From: Malacoraja senta | Lineage: Eukaryota | NCBI GenBank assembly: GCA_038087875.1 | Contig: CM075981.1 | Location: 72,168,001-72,232,000, forward strand | Reading direction: 5' to 3' | DNA length: 64,000 nucleotides | Shown here: positions 42,001-53,437 of the stretch, piece after piece | How positions within the stretch are numbered: position 1 is the first letter of the stretch | How the letters are laid out: each line of letters begins with the position of its first letter | Position numbers and translations under genes: made by a program | The notes under the pieces: generated by a model | The model's database searches: none | What the model saw: only the letters and a program-made list of their open reading frames with translations | Told to the model about the DNA's origin: nothing

Positions 42001-42626
42001 GATCCTCCCCAGAGCCACCAGTTAGAAGTTGCTTATAATGGATGCGTCTCTGACAGCCCTGTAGCTGGGCACAACCCAGTTCAATTTTGCATTTTGTGTC
42101 TTTCAGGGTTACAGGAAATAGTTGTAGGTGATATCTGAAGCTGCATATTACTTGAAAGCTGGTTGAATATACTGAGCAATTGAGCTCTTTGTCAGAAAGG
42201 TCCAGGGATTCGCCAGTCTTGATGAAAGAAAATTCTTCTCACCTGTTTTAGGTGTCCAACCCCTTATTTTGAGACGCCTCTTTTTAATATTTTTAATTAT
42301 TTATTGAAGAATTTGCTTCACATTTCACATTCTCCCTTTGCTGTTCAGTTGAATAACTGCTTAATGCCAGGGAATTTTGGGTGTGAGGATGGGTGAATTG
42401 TGGGGGCAACAAGGAGGTTTGTTTTTGCGACTTGAGAGGAGTGTGTTGGGAAAGTGGCTTATGAGAGAGGTTGGTGCAGAAGATTTCAGCTCTGTACCAG
42501 AGTCACAACTAAAATAATGTTCCTTGTTTCTCAGTGAGCGATAAAATGCCTGCATTGATTACATCTCAAATCCGGAGCGACAAACAGCGGCGGGGGGATC
42601 CTGGGGTTCGGAACGATTCGCTGTGA
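30044..42626 (+). CDS. GNPTG: N-acetylglucosamine-1-phosphotransferase gamma subunit (MRH domain), complete, 294 aa
   Basis: Exons 30044-30080 (signal peptide), 31239-31293 (KMKIVEEPN), 32294-32361 (LNNPFL), 32631-32685, 35839-35922 ([28 protein letters not shown]), 36712-36805, 37140-37254 ([19 protein letters not shown]), 37643-37725, 39995-40117, 41336-41414, 42535-42626 ([14 protein letters not shown]). 885 nt in total and the phases match. Confidence 0.96.
30066..30870 (+). repeat. C-rich minisatellite, core CTCTGGCTGCACTGTGAGT + poly-C spacer, ~22 copies
   Basis: Visible directly; the first copy is the GNPTG exon1/intron1 junction. Confidence 0.95.
31911..32147. mobile_element. Fold-back Penelope-pLTR-derived insertion with two hammerhead-like cores
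   Basis: Inverted arms of about 95 bp; 12-bp TSD ACCTCAAGACAG at 31899-31910 and 32148-32159. Confidence 0.85.
33583..33992 (+). mobile_element. Short RTE-type non-autonomous retroposon (5'UTR-like part + 3' end with (TAC)n tail)
   Basis: (TAC)n tail at 33971-33991; TACTACTT flanks both ends; no ORF. The internal motif GGCTCGTCAGCCTGGGAAGGCAG..GAAAACTCTG resembles RTE 5'UTRs (recalled). Confidence 0.55.
36203..36490 (-). mobile_element. V-SINE/HE1-like SINE
   Basis: Same family as 55-358. Confidence 0.75.
41636..41782 (-). mobile_element. Short unclassified retroposon with (AAG)n tail
   Basis: TSD ACCTGTTT at 41628-41635 and 41783-41790; the minus-strand 3' end reads CCACACGAAAGAAGAAGAAG. 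Confidence 0.6.
41998..42166 (+). pseudogene. Decayed duplicate of GNPTG intron-8 end + exon 9 (pseudoexon) in intron 10
   Basis: TTTCAG|GGTTACAGGAAA is identical to 39989-40006. Similarity continues downstream and upstream (TTGATCCTCCCCAGAGCCACCAGTT vs TTGCTCCTCTCCAGTGCCACCAGTT at 39871). Confidence 0.8.
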
Positions 42627-42739
42627 GCAGTAACTGGATGGTCAGAGTGGTCAGAGTCCGGACACAGGGGTTATGTAATTCAGAAAATGTTGTGGTTGTT
42701 GTAGAACTGTTAATACCCCCCCCCCCCTTTTTCAGGAGA

Positions 42740-42825
42740 ATTAAAGTGACTTTATTCTCATCACGGGTGGTCAGTATTTTTTTTAACTGGGTTGTTGATT
42801 TCTACTTTCACAGACGTGAAATAAA
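42740..42825 (+). terminator. Candidate GNPTG polyadenylation signals (ATTAAA 42740, AATAAA 42820)
   Basis: Hexamers lie 114 and 194 nt after the stop codon. Confidence 0.55.
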
Positions 42826-45800
42826 AGGCTCAGGATAGAGCAGGAACGAAAAAAGTGAAGTGCAAAGAAGTGAACTTTCAAAAGCAGAAACTGCAGATGA
42901 TGGGAATCCGAAATTAAAAAGACAAGAAACGTAGATGTTCAGCGCGGGAGGTAGCAGCGTGGAGTCGGGGACAGAGATAACGTTTCAGGTCGCTAGCCTT
43001 GTATCATGGTTAAACATTGATGGACTATCCTGTCCAGCTTCATAAAATTAAAATCAAATTTGAAACAAAATTGGATTAAAAAAATAATATTACTGGAGTA
43101 ATAAAGTTTGAGGGAGGCGTCCAGATTGCCATCGAGTGTCGATGCGGTAGCGGTGTCTGAACCATTATAAACCACAGCCGGACACAACGTGCCTTGGAGG
43201 GAGTGGACGGATACAACGTTGCGTTCTTAAAGTGAATAAAAGCCAGCTGTCATGTTTGTGTGCAACTCGGACCTCTTCCATCCCCGATTGCAGGACTTCT
43301 GTTGGCCATACAATGTTCAGTCAGACAGCGATCAGCAGTGCGGCATTGAAAGAAAAAACACACCATGCGGTGACCCCAGCCAGACATAACGGGCGACCGA
43401 AAGGCCGGGACCTAAAGAACCACATACCCTCTCCTCTCCCCCCCCTCCCTCCTCCCCAACTCCACGCAGTTATACTGCAACCTGCTGTGAATCAAAGATC
43501 TGTGAACGACTGCCTGCCCCTGCCACAAATAAAGCACATCCTCTCTCCAGCATAATCGTCGAATTGGACTGACTGGATGTGGCTCAAAGGCTTCCCTTTG
43601 AAGAACAATCTAATGATGGTGTAATCTGGACACGGCAGGTTGGAAACTATAAGGTACACAAAAATGCTGGAGAAACTCAGCCGGTGCAGCAGCATCTATG
43701 GAGCGAAGGAAATAGGCAACATTTCGGGCCGAAACCCTTCTTCAGACTGATAGGGGGTCAACTATTTTCTATTTTCAGTTGTAAATTCATTTTTTGGCTA
43801 AAAAAAATCACGGGATCCGTTGCCACGTTACTGTTTGTGAGAATTTGCTGTGTGCGATTTGGACGTTGCATTTCTTGCGAGTGTCTGCATTAACAAAAGT
43901 AATTCACAAGCTGCAGTTTTATGGACTATATCCCAAGGTGACATTCCATAGATGCAAGATAAGACATAAAATACTGGGGTAACTCAGCGGGACAGGCAGC
44001 ATCTCTGGAGAGAAAGAATGGGTAACGTTTGGGGTCGAGACCCTTCTTCAGATCTATTACATAGATGCACATTTGTTCCAGCGCAAACAAGCAAAATAAA
44101 GAAGTACACAACCATTCTGTCTTCCCTACGTCTATTATTCTATTTTATCTTTTTGTGGTACTCAATCGCAAGTTGAGCAAACTTTTATCACCTTGAAGGT
44201 TGGCGACGTCATCGGTGCATCTCAACGTTCGTCTCCGTCCCGTATTAGTGAAAATGACACTAAAAGGTATGGTATGTTTGACAGTGAGGATTGTTATCAA
44301 GAATTATAGCGAGTTCTTGAGCGGGGTAAGTGGGCTAAAGAATGACAAATGGTGTTTAATTCCATTGAGTGTTGCATTTTAGTAATTCGAATCAGGGCAG
44401 GGCACTTTACAGTAAATGGTGGAGACCCTGCAAGCGATGTAAAGGTGAGGGATTTAGGATTTGAAGTGCATAATTCCCTGAGTGACATTCCACGTAGATT
44501 AGAGTGGTGAAGGCAACTTTTGGCAGTTACAATTGTACAATATGCTGGTAACCCCACACTTGGAGCAGTGTTCAGTTTTGGCCAACTATAGAAATGTACA
44601 AAAATGATGAGGCAGAGATAAGGAGAATGCAGTCTTTTCACCCCAGGGTAGGGGAAATTAAGAACTAAAGGTCCAGTCTTACCCAGAATATCACCTATCC
44701 ATGTTCTCCAGCAATGCTACCTGAAGTTACTCCAGCACTTTGTTTCCATTTGCTCCAACCAGGATCTGCAGTTTGTTGTTTGAATGAATACATTATTGTC
44801 ACATGTGACAAGTCATAGTGAAATTCTGTGTTTTGCCTACCCAAGGTATGCTACTAGAAGGCATATGTTAGGTGAGAGGGGAATATATTAATAGGAATGG
44901 GAGGGGCAACTATCCACACAGGGAAGTTGGTATGTGGTACTGCCATAGAAAGTAGTTGAGGCAGGTATAATATATATTTAAAAGTAATTTGGACAAGTAG
45001 GTGGATAGGAAAGTTTAGAGGGATGTGGGCCAAATAAACCAAGCTATGACAGGGATAATGGTGAGCATGTACCAGAACTGAAAGGCCTGTTTCCATGCTG
45101 TATGATTGGCATAAAAAGTTTTTTTTTAGGATGTTAAGAGAATTTTCAGTATTTGCTCTTGTGCTACATATACCATTGCATCTACTTGCTTCATGGAACA
45201 GTCAATATGGTGTGCTACGGCCAAATGAATGGTTTCTACTGCATGGGAGAATGAACCACTGATGCGATCTTAATCTGCAACTCCAGACTGAAGATCTACC
45301 AGGGGGGGAAAAACACCCAACCATTTTTATGCTTATGTTAGCATCTCAACCCGAGTGCAGAACATGGTGCTACCAACATTGATGTGACATTGAAAACCCC
45401 CCAACTAACTTTCTTTTGGAAGCTGCTGTCACCTCCAATCTGGTTTAGTAGATTGAACTACTATATTGCAAAGCTATCTGCCTATATAGGTCAGCATTGA
45501 AAAATATACAAAATGGCATCAAGTGTAATTATACCAGTCCCCCAGTTTAGTTCTCTCTACGGCTAGCCTCAGTTTGCTGAAAGGACCACAATGAAAGGAG
45601 TTTATTGGATACACCAAGGTGATTACATATCAAGTTCTAAGTGCATAGAACTACACAATTCTTCATAGAAGTTTCATACTTGCAGCCCCTTCAAATTGAG
45701 GAATTTGACTTAAAGGAAACTTGTAAAGGTCATTCCCGCCCCCTCAGAATAGAATCGATGTATCAGAATAGCCAACCAAACTTATTTTGTCTTTAACCAT

Positions 45801-48800
45801 ACCAGATCACTTAAATGTTTTAACTAAGTTTGGCTCTGCATTAGATAAGGTACTCAATGACCCACTCACTAGACTTTAAAGAAAATAGCAGCCCAGTGAA
45901 CCCCAAATTTCAGCGCACACAGGCGGTTGGATAAAACGAGTGAAACAGGATGAAGTCGCACGGAATCTATTTCTTGTTTAAAAGTCTTAAGAATAAAAGG
46001 AGTCCAGAAGACACGATAATAGCAATTTGAGGATCAAAAATTATTTTAATTCCCATATTGATAATAAAAATAATTCCATGAATTCTGTAAACCACTGCAT
46101 AAATGCTATAGTGTAAAAATCTTAACAAGTGTTAACAATTTAAACAATGAACTAGAGTAAAATGATTATGCATTTATAAATACCTTATATAAGAACATTC
46201 CATTCAGATCGCCATTGTTTGTGTACACTCACCTAGACCGCATACAACAGGCTTCCATAAATTAATACACAAAATGAAAAAAATTCCCATAATATTCAAT
46301 TAAGGTCTTGCTTTGACCACAAAAATTAATATACCAAGACAATATTTCAGTAATATTTAGACACTAGTTAAGATATGAGCTATTCCACATCAATACATAA
46401 ATCACAGAGTCAGGGATATGTTACTACATTTTTGCCAGTAATGTCACTGAATTCTTGCACCTTACGATTTTCTCGAATGTCAAAATTCCAGAACACGATG
46501 GCTGAATTAATTATTTGTACAGATACAAAGTAACTATTCACTGGTTTAGCTGTATGCTACCCGTGTAAAGAAGTTCGAGACTGGTCAGTCTTGTATGCCC
46601 TCTTGATTTAAACAAAAATGCTGCAAGAGACATATACAATTATTTATGATTGGGGTAAAAATGGAAGGGGCTAATTGGGTATTTCATTTTCTATTAAGTG
46701 GTGATGTGCACAAAAACTAGCACAACTACCCACTTGCTGGATTTTTTTAACAGCCCATCATGCCTGTTACTCATGGCATATTATTCCCATTCAAAGAGCT
46801 TACAAAATAAACAGATCTAAAATTGCAGCTTGACAGCTACAGAATGGTTTACAGATTGTTCCTTATACCCTGAGAAAATGAGTTTTCCCCCTCCCATTTC
46901 ATTGCTCTTCCCAGGCTGAGGAACTTGCATATAAAGATTCTGAAAGTGTGTTCACATAGAAACTAATCCCATTCAGAAATTAAAATTTTGCTGTAAAATT
47001 ATGATCTTAAGACTGAAATCACTTTTACTCCATACGTTTACTTCAATGCAATTATTACTGTCAGGTCCAAGATGGCTAGTCTCAGACTCTGTCATTGGCC
47101 ATCTCACCACATCTGCCATGTGACAATTATGGGCTATCATACACCAAATCCAATTTCTTTCAATGAAAAATTCTGGCAGTTAAAAATTAAAAATACTAAG
47201 GTAAAGTAATACAAAATTAAAATGTTCACTATTTATTATTGATTCACTATTCCTGTCCATAATAATTTTTTTGTATAAATCAAAGCCGAGCACGTTAAAA
47301 TTTGTATTCTTGATTAGATGTAACAATTTAAATCATTTTACAAACCCTGCAGAAAATAGTTATTATTACTGCAACAGCCACAGAATGTAATACTTTTATT
47401 GAATGGCAGCAAATTTTTTCTGTACTGAAGCATGTGTTACAATAAGTGAGCCTTAAAACACAATTACTGAGGAGCAACAAAGCATATCACTCGTAGGGAG
47501 GATACAAGCATATTCACACTGAATTGCAGCACTTCTGCTGGGGGCTGACAGGAAAGTCTGTGAGCACAGCTAATGAATTCTACAAGGGATGTAATCAATG
47601 TGAAGGAACTACACTAATCTCATCCTCTTAACAGATAATGAACCAGTAGCAAAAGGTCCAAGTACAAAGAGGAAAGAGAAGTATCAAATAAAGGCAATGG
47701 CATGGAATATAATTGGGAATTAACTTTACCCTTCCTGTCTCAATAAAACTAAATTAGCCCGCTTGAAAAAATACAACTGGTAAATCACATCAACCATCCG
47801 AACTGAACTAAATATAATTGTAGATTGTTATAATTTTAAAACAATCGTAAAATAGTTGGTAATTCAGCCCATCATGATTGTGGTAATTGTAAAGTGTGAC
47901 CTCACCTAATCCTACCTTCTAAGCCTTTGGTACATATCCTTGCACTTCACAACTCTTGAAATATGTCATGCTGGTGCAGAATGCTAATTTATTCTGGAAA
48001 CATTGCACACTACAGTTAACCGTTTTATGGGGAAATAAGTTTGTATACCAACACACATTCAGTGACTTCACATGCCTGGGACAGATTAATTTCAACCATT
48101 GTACAACAAATGACAAGCTACTCACTATGGGAATTTCAGCAATTTGTTCGTTACCACACTGCATGCAACTGTACCACCTTCCTGGTCTTGAATGACTGAA
48201 CCCAAGATTATACTTAAGTCCATTCAATATAGAGGACAGCAGACAACGTTCAGATTTTTTTAATTCAAAATATTGTTGTGACATTGTTGGGACAATTTTT
48301 TAAATATAATTGGTTTCTTAGGGATGGGGGCATCTTAATTCGGCATTAAATGGTTGAGTGGCTCTTAAGGCAGTTTTGGCACTAAGTTACTTTCTAAATG
48401 CTCTTTGTTGATCATTTACACTTCCCTATCAATTTGGCACCATTAATGCAAACCATTTATTCCATGGGTTATTTCTGTGCATACTTCACATTTAACATCT
48501 AGTATAGAGTGTGCAGGCAAGAGAAAATTTACATTTAGTATGTACAATTACGTTTTACTATCAACAAGGAGCTAAGAAAAAGACTTGAACATTAGTTCAC
48601 TGTATTATTTGTGTTCCAAAGTTTCATGTTTCTGATTAAATGTTTTGCAACTGTAACTTTGGATTTCGAATTTTGCTTTAATGGGAAGTCATTTGGTTCT
48701 CACTTACACAGAAGTTACAATAGTGCTAAGTAGTGGGGTTAACAATAGGGCAAGTGGTCAGCTGGTGTTGTGAGGCAGTAGTTTATATTCTTTCACCGTC

Positions 48801-50786
48801 CCGGATCACTTGCTATCTCCCAAACCTAATGGAGCTGTCCAGGTCCCTGCCCCAATTTAGTCCCTTTCTTGCAGAGAATAAATGGGGGGGGAAGAAACAA
48901 TGGACGAATGGGCACTTTTAGGACCAACACTTCCACACTATTTTGTTTCTGCTGAATACATCTCCTTTGATTCGAAATACTGTAAAATATTGTCATTTAT
49001 AGCTTTGACAGGGATTAGGAAGAAAGATATAGAAATGAATTCTGCTTGGTTGATCCCCTGTGCTCTGTAGATTTAGAATGTGATTAAACTGTTCATTGCT
49101 GCAGTAATGCACAAGCTTTGGTACAAATCTGACATGGATGCAAAGAACAGAAAATGCAAAGTTAGATTTGACCGATAGCTGGTCAGACAAGAATTCAACT
49201 AGAACAGACCACTATCTCATGAAATTGTGTACAGCATCTGGGTGATAGTGCAAGTTCGGGTTGTTGACATAACTTTGAAACAAAGGTTTGCAAAACATTC
49301 CACTTTAGGAATTTTAAGCAAATCGATTGGGCTTTATGCATAACATTGTCATCTGTGGCAAAATTGACCTACAAGATTGAAGTGACGAAGGGCGAAAACA
49401 ATAAAACCAAGTAGTCTGGCATTCCTGTTATCTTTGCTGGTCTTTGGCAAAGGCAGCTAATGGATGTATTTTGAGAAGGCCGTTAAGAAATTGGCATCTC
49501 AATTTTAGACTTAATTGATAATCTTATTCTAACGTGACATTAATTCTTAATACTGATTTATATTAGCTCTCATTTTGCCTTCCACTTACTAGATCCTGGC
49601 CCAATTGTTACGTTTGTCTAAAGTGAGTGAATTCAAATATGCAATGGACACTACGCAGCATCCAGCCACAAAGTGAAAATAAATGGGGTTTGTTTTTCAA
49701 AATCATTGTTTTCTCATCGCAATGATGGCAGCGTACAGTTCATGCAGAAATGAACGAGTTTAGTTACATAGTTCCTCATGAATGCCAACAGTAGTGCACA
49801 AGCATTAATATGTAATAGGCTTAACCATTAACATGTATCAATACAAAAAACCCTACAAAATTCTTATAAGCAATTTAATTAAGCATTGATGCATATGGCC
49901 ACTATTTCTTTTGGGAAAAAAAAAACAAGCAACATTTTTCTTCACAATAATCTTGAATAGATGAAAGTAAACGTCAAATTCTGAACTGCTTCTGTGAAGC
50001 TGCTATATTTCCCCAAATACAACTTGTATTCGCAAGACTCCACACAATCTACATTATTTTTAAAGAAATGTTAGCAGTCTGTGATCAAAGAGCATTTCAT
50101 GTGATAAGCTTCATTTTTATACAAAAAGTGGAATCTTATTTCCCTTATTGATAACACGATACAGAATTAAAATTTCTAATTTTGGTCACTGTTTCAGCAA
50201 TTCTGCCTAGAACGAGCTACCGTTTAGTATATACATGTTAAAACTACAGATAATAAATTGCTATACAGAAAAGTTCTTTGGCAAAGACTACGTGTGATCC
50301 AGAAGTCCATTATAACACTTCACCAAAGTGCCAAGTGCTTGTTCGGTTTGTGCACATAGCCCAGATGTAGCCAATACCTGTCTTCTAGAGCTTGTAGAGG
50401 GGTTGAGGTTTAGGTAGATGGGGATTTTAAATGAATTTCACATGGTAAATTTGTATTACCTGAGATGCATTTCCCATTGTAACGTTAACATTGATGTGCA
50501 TACAAAATTTGTTCAGGGATAGAAATTCAAACCCGAGTTAAATGACACGATGAAAACAGTCTCCAAATCTAGTGTACCAGAGCACAATTTGCTTGGTTTA
50601 CTGCATACTTACAAATGCATTGAACGGTTAATGGCAGTGTGTTTCATGTGCTATGAAATTGGTCTTGAACAACTGCATTTAGTTCAAAGTACTATACAGA
50701 GTTAGGTCACTAGACTATCAACAATATACCCACCCTTGAAAGAGAATCGTAAACTTAAGTCCAAAAAGGAACATTTAAATAATTAA

Positions 50787-51313
50787 GATAGACACAAAGT
50801 GTTGGAGTAACTCAGCAGGTCAGGCAGCATCTCTGGAGTAAAGGAATGGGTGACGTTTTGGGTCGAAGTCCTTCTTCAGAATGAAACTAGGGGGTGGGGT
50901 GATAAAGAAATTACCTCAAGCAGGGTGGTGGCTGGTAGGCCACTGTTGCCAGGGAAGGCGTGATCTCAAGAGGGATACAATATGGTGAACCGTTGAACTG
51001 GTTAAACAACTAGGGTGGAGGAAGGGGGAAAAGGGGGGGGGGGGGGGGAAGTGAAGGTAGAAGTTACTTAAAATGAGAGAACTCAACTTTCATACCACTG
51101 GGTTGTAAGCTATTCAAGCAAAATTTGCTTGAGCAGCCGAAAACCCAGAGGTATGAACGCTGAATTCTCTAATCAGTTCCATAGTCTGAAGAAGGGCACC
51201 AATCCGAAACGTCACCCATCCTTTTATTCCAGAGATGCTGCTTGACCAGCTGAGTTATTCCAGCACTTTGTGTCTATCTTTTGTATGAACCAGCATCTTC
51301 AGTTCTTTGTTTT
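50787..51313. mobile_element. Fold-back Penelope-derived insertion in the predicted UNKL 3'UTR
   Basis: Inverted arms ~50787-50880 and ~51184-51278; TSD ACATTTA(A/T)ATAATTAA at 50771-50786 and 51314-51329. Confidence 0.8.
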
Positions 51314-52169
51314 ACATTTATATAATTAATTCTGACTGCTTTTAAGGTTTTTTTCCCCTTGTGTATGTTAATTCAATATTTAAAATACAATTGATATTCA
51401 TAGAAATTAAAGATTTTTGCATAAAGCCATAGTTATATAATAGACAAATGAGAATTAAAGTTGTGTTGATTACATGTTACTGTTAACATTATTAAAAATT
51501 GTTTTCAGCTCCTGCCTTAGTTCGAATTTCTTTTAAGCCAGCAAGCTGATCTGGTGTAAGTTTAAATAAGATTGGTTGTGACATTAGTTTTCAAGACTAT
51601 AACAATTCGCTTCTACTCAGAACTGGACTTTATCCATTTTTTATGGCACTCCCTAGGTTATGTCGCAAGGATATTCCAGCAAGGACCAGGGCTTCTCTCC
51701 ATTTGCACGTGGCGCTTAGCAATACTCACGTCCAGATTAAAAAAATACAGAGATCTGTACACAATTCATGAATGACAGCATTTCATGATCCATTCACTCA
51801 ACTACACTAGTTTCTGTGAACATCGCTGATCAGCATTTCAACACTTTGTTGGCAATATTATCAATGGACTTCTAATACAGAATGACAAGAAGTGACGACA
51901 AATAATTTAAATCAACACAGTAATAGGTCAGTTTTTTCATTCTTAATTATAATGTACAAACAATGCTGTTCAATCAAGTGACCAATGTAAAGGAGATGAC
52001 ATGTCTTAGCCCTCCAGTAACAAGTATACTCAAAAATCACAGAACAAGTGGTGGAAATTTCAAAACATCCACTATCAGTATGGTTTCATCCTGAATTGTA
52101 TGTACCTTACCTCTTTTCAGTTAAGAGAAAGCTGGTCTGTAGTTTCGCATTAATTATATATTTAAATAT

Positions 52170-52171
<2 letters not shown>

Positions 52172-52200
<29 letters not shown>
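52172..52200. repeat. (GT)n microsatellite
   Basis: Visible directly. Confidence 0.9.
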
Positions 52201-52204
<4 letters not shown>

Positions 52205-53437
52205 TGTGTATATATATAATCAGTGCAAAGATCTCACATCAAAGTACCTTTGCCTGTCTGACAAAAGTTGTCATTGCAATTTAGATTTAGGCAAGGCAGA
52301 AGGCACTTGGTAACAGTGGCCAGAAATTAGATAATCATTTAAAATACTTACAAGGCTAGGAGTTGCACCAACAGAGAAGAAAAGAAACAACTCATTAAAA
52401 ACTTTCATGATGCTAGCTACAAAATCTCCAACCACAAGCTGGTCAACACAGCTCACTTTGGAGAAAAAAAAAAGACTGGTTCATTTTATTATATAAAATA
52501 GCAAACTTCTCTTCAGACTATTTGTTTGCTTAGTTTAGCATATGTGCCTGTATGAAATTGCTGCTGGTTATCCTTTTAAGCATTAAAAGTTTGCATTTAA
52601 TTTATAAATTGAAAAATGTAAAAATCCTAGCAAGTTGCACAATACTAATATTTATAATTGTACTTAATTAGAATAGGAAATCTAACAATGTTCACTTTAC
52701 TATGATTTAACAGTAAGAATTGGAATACCAAATATCTATTAATAGGTTTCACAGTACACATACAAAGCTTTATATCATCACATATTCTGAAAAAAACTAC
52801 AAAGCAGCTTGAAAGCAATTTATTATAACCTCTAAACGGAAAAAAGACCCAGGTTAACAAAGTGCTTTACAGGAAATTAAACCTCTTCACATAACCTAGT
52901 CTTTTTTTTCTTTTAAAATTGTATATGTAAAATACTAGAACATAAAAATGCTAAAGCTGCAGTGCTGTGCATGCAGTATTCATTGGAAACACACAGCAAG
53001 TCGATCCTACACTAGAACTTGATATCTGAAGTGCCTAGAGTTTACTTCAATTTTTCTTTCTGAATGCATGCGGTAAGGGTCCAGTTGTAAACTCAGAAGT
53101 GATGGAAATGCAGCAACAGTCTAAAAAGCACGTCAGTCAGACTAAAGCAAACTGTATAGCTAAACGTGCTCAAGAAAAGACCAAATGAGTTACTGTGAAT
53201 AACTGGGTTACCAAGATGCATATTGCAAGTTTTCCCAGGGAAAAGAGAAGAGTTTATATGTATTAAAATAATTAGTAAATAAATACAGAAACAAATGCTG
53301 TATTTTGTAGGGTAGGATGTACTCACTGCGTAATTTTAAATATTTCCAATATGAAGGGGGGGCACTACAGCTTTGATTTGTTAGAATAGTGTAGTCGTTC
53401 TTCAAAAGGCTAGTTCCATGTACCTGGAATATATTCA

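Larger units (their letters stand above)
46030..53437 (-). other. UNKL: Probable long UNKL 3'UTR with tandem polyA signals
   Basis: AT-rich and nearly free of repeats. Minus-strand AATAAA at 52485-52490, 47395-47400 and 47232-47237; ATTAAA at 46045-46050. Confidence 0.55.
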
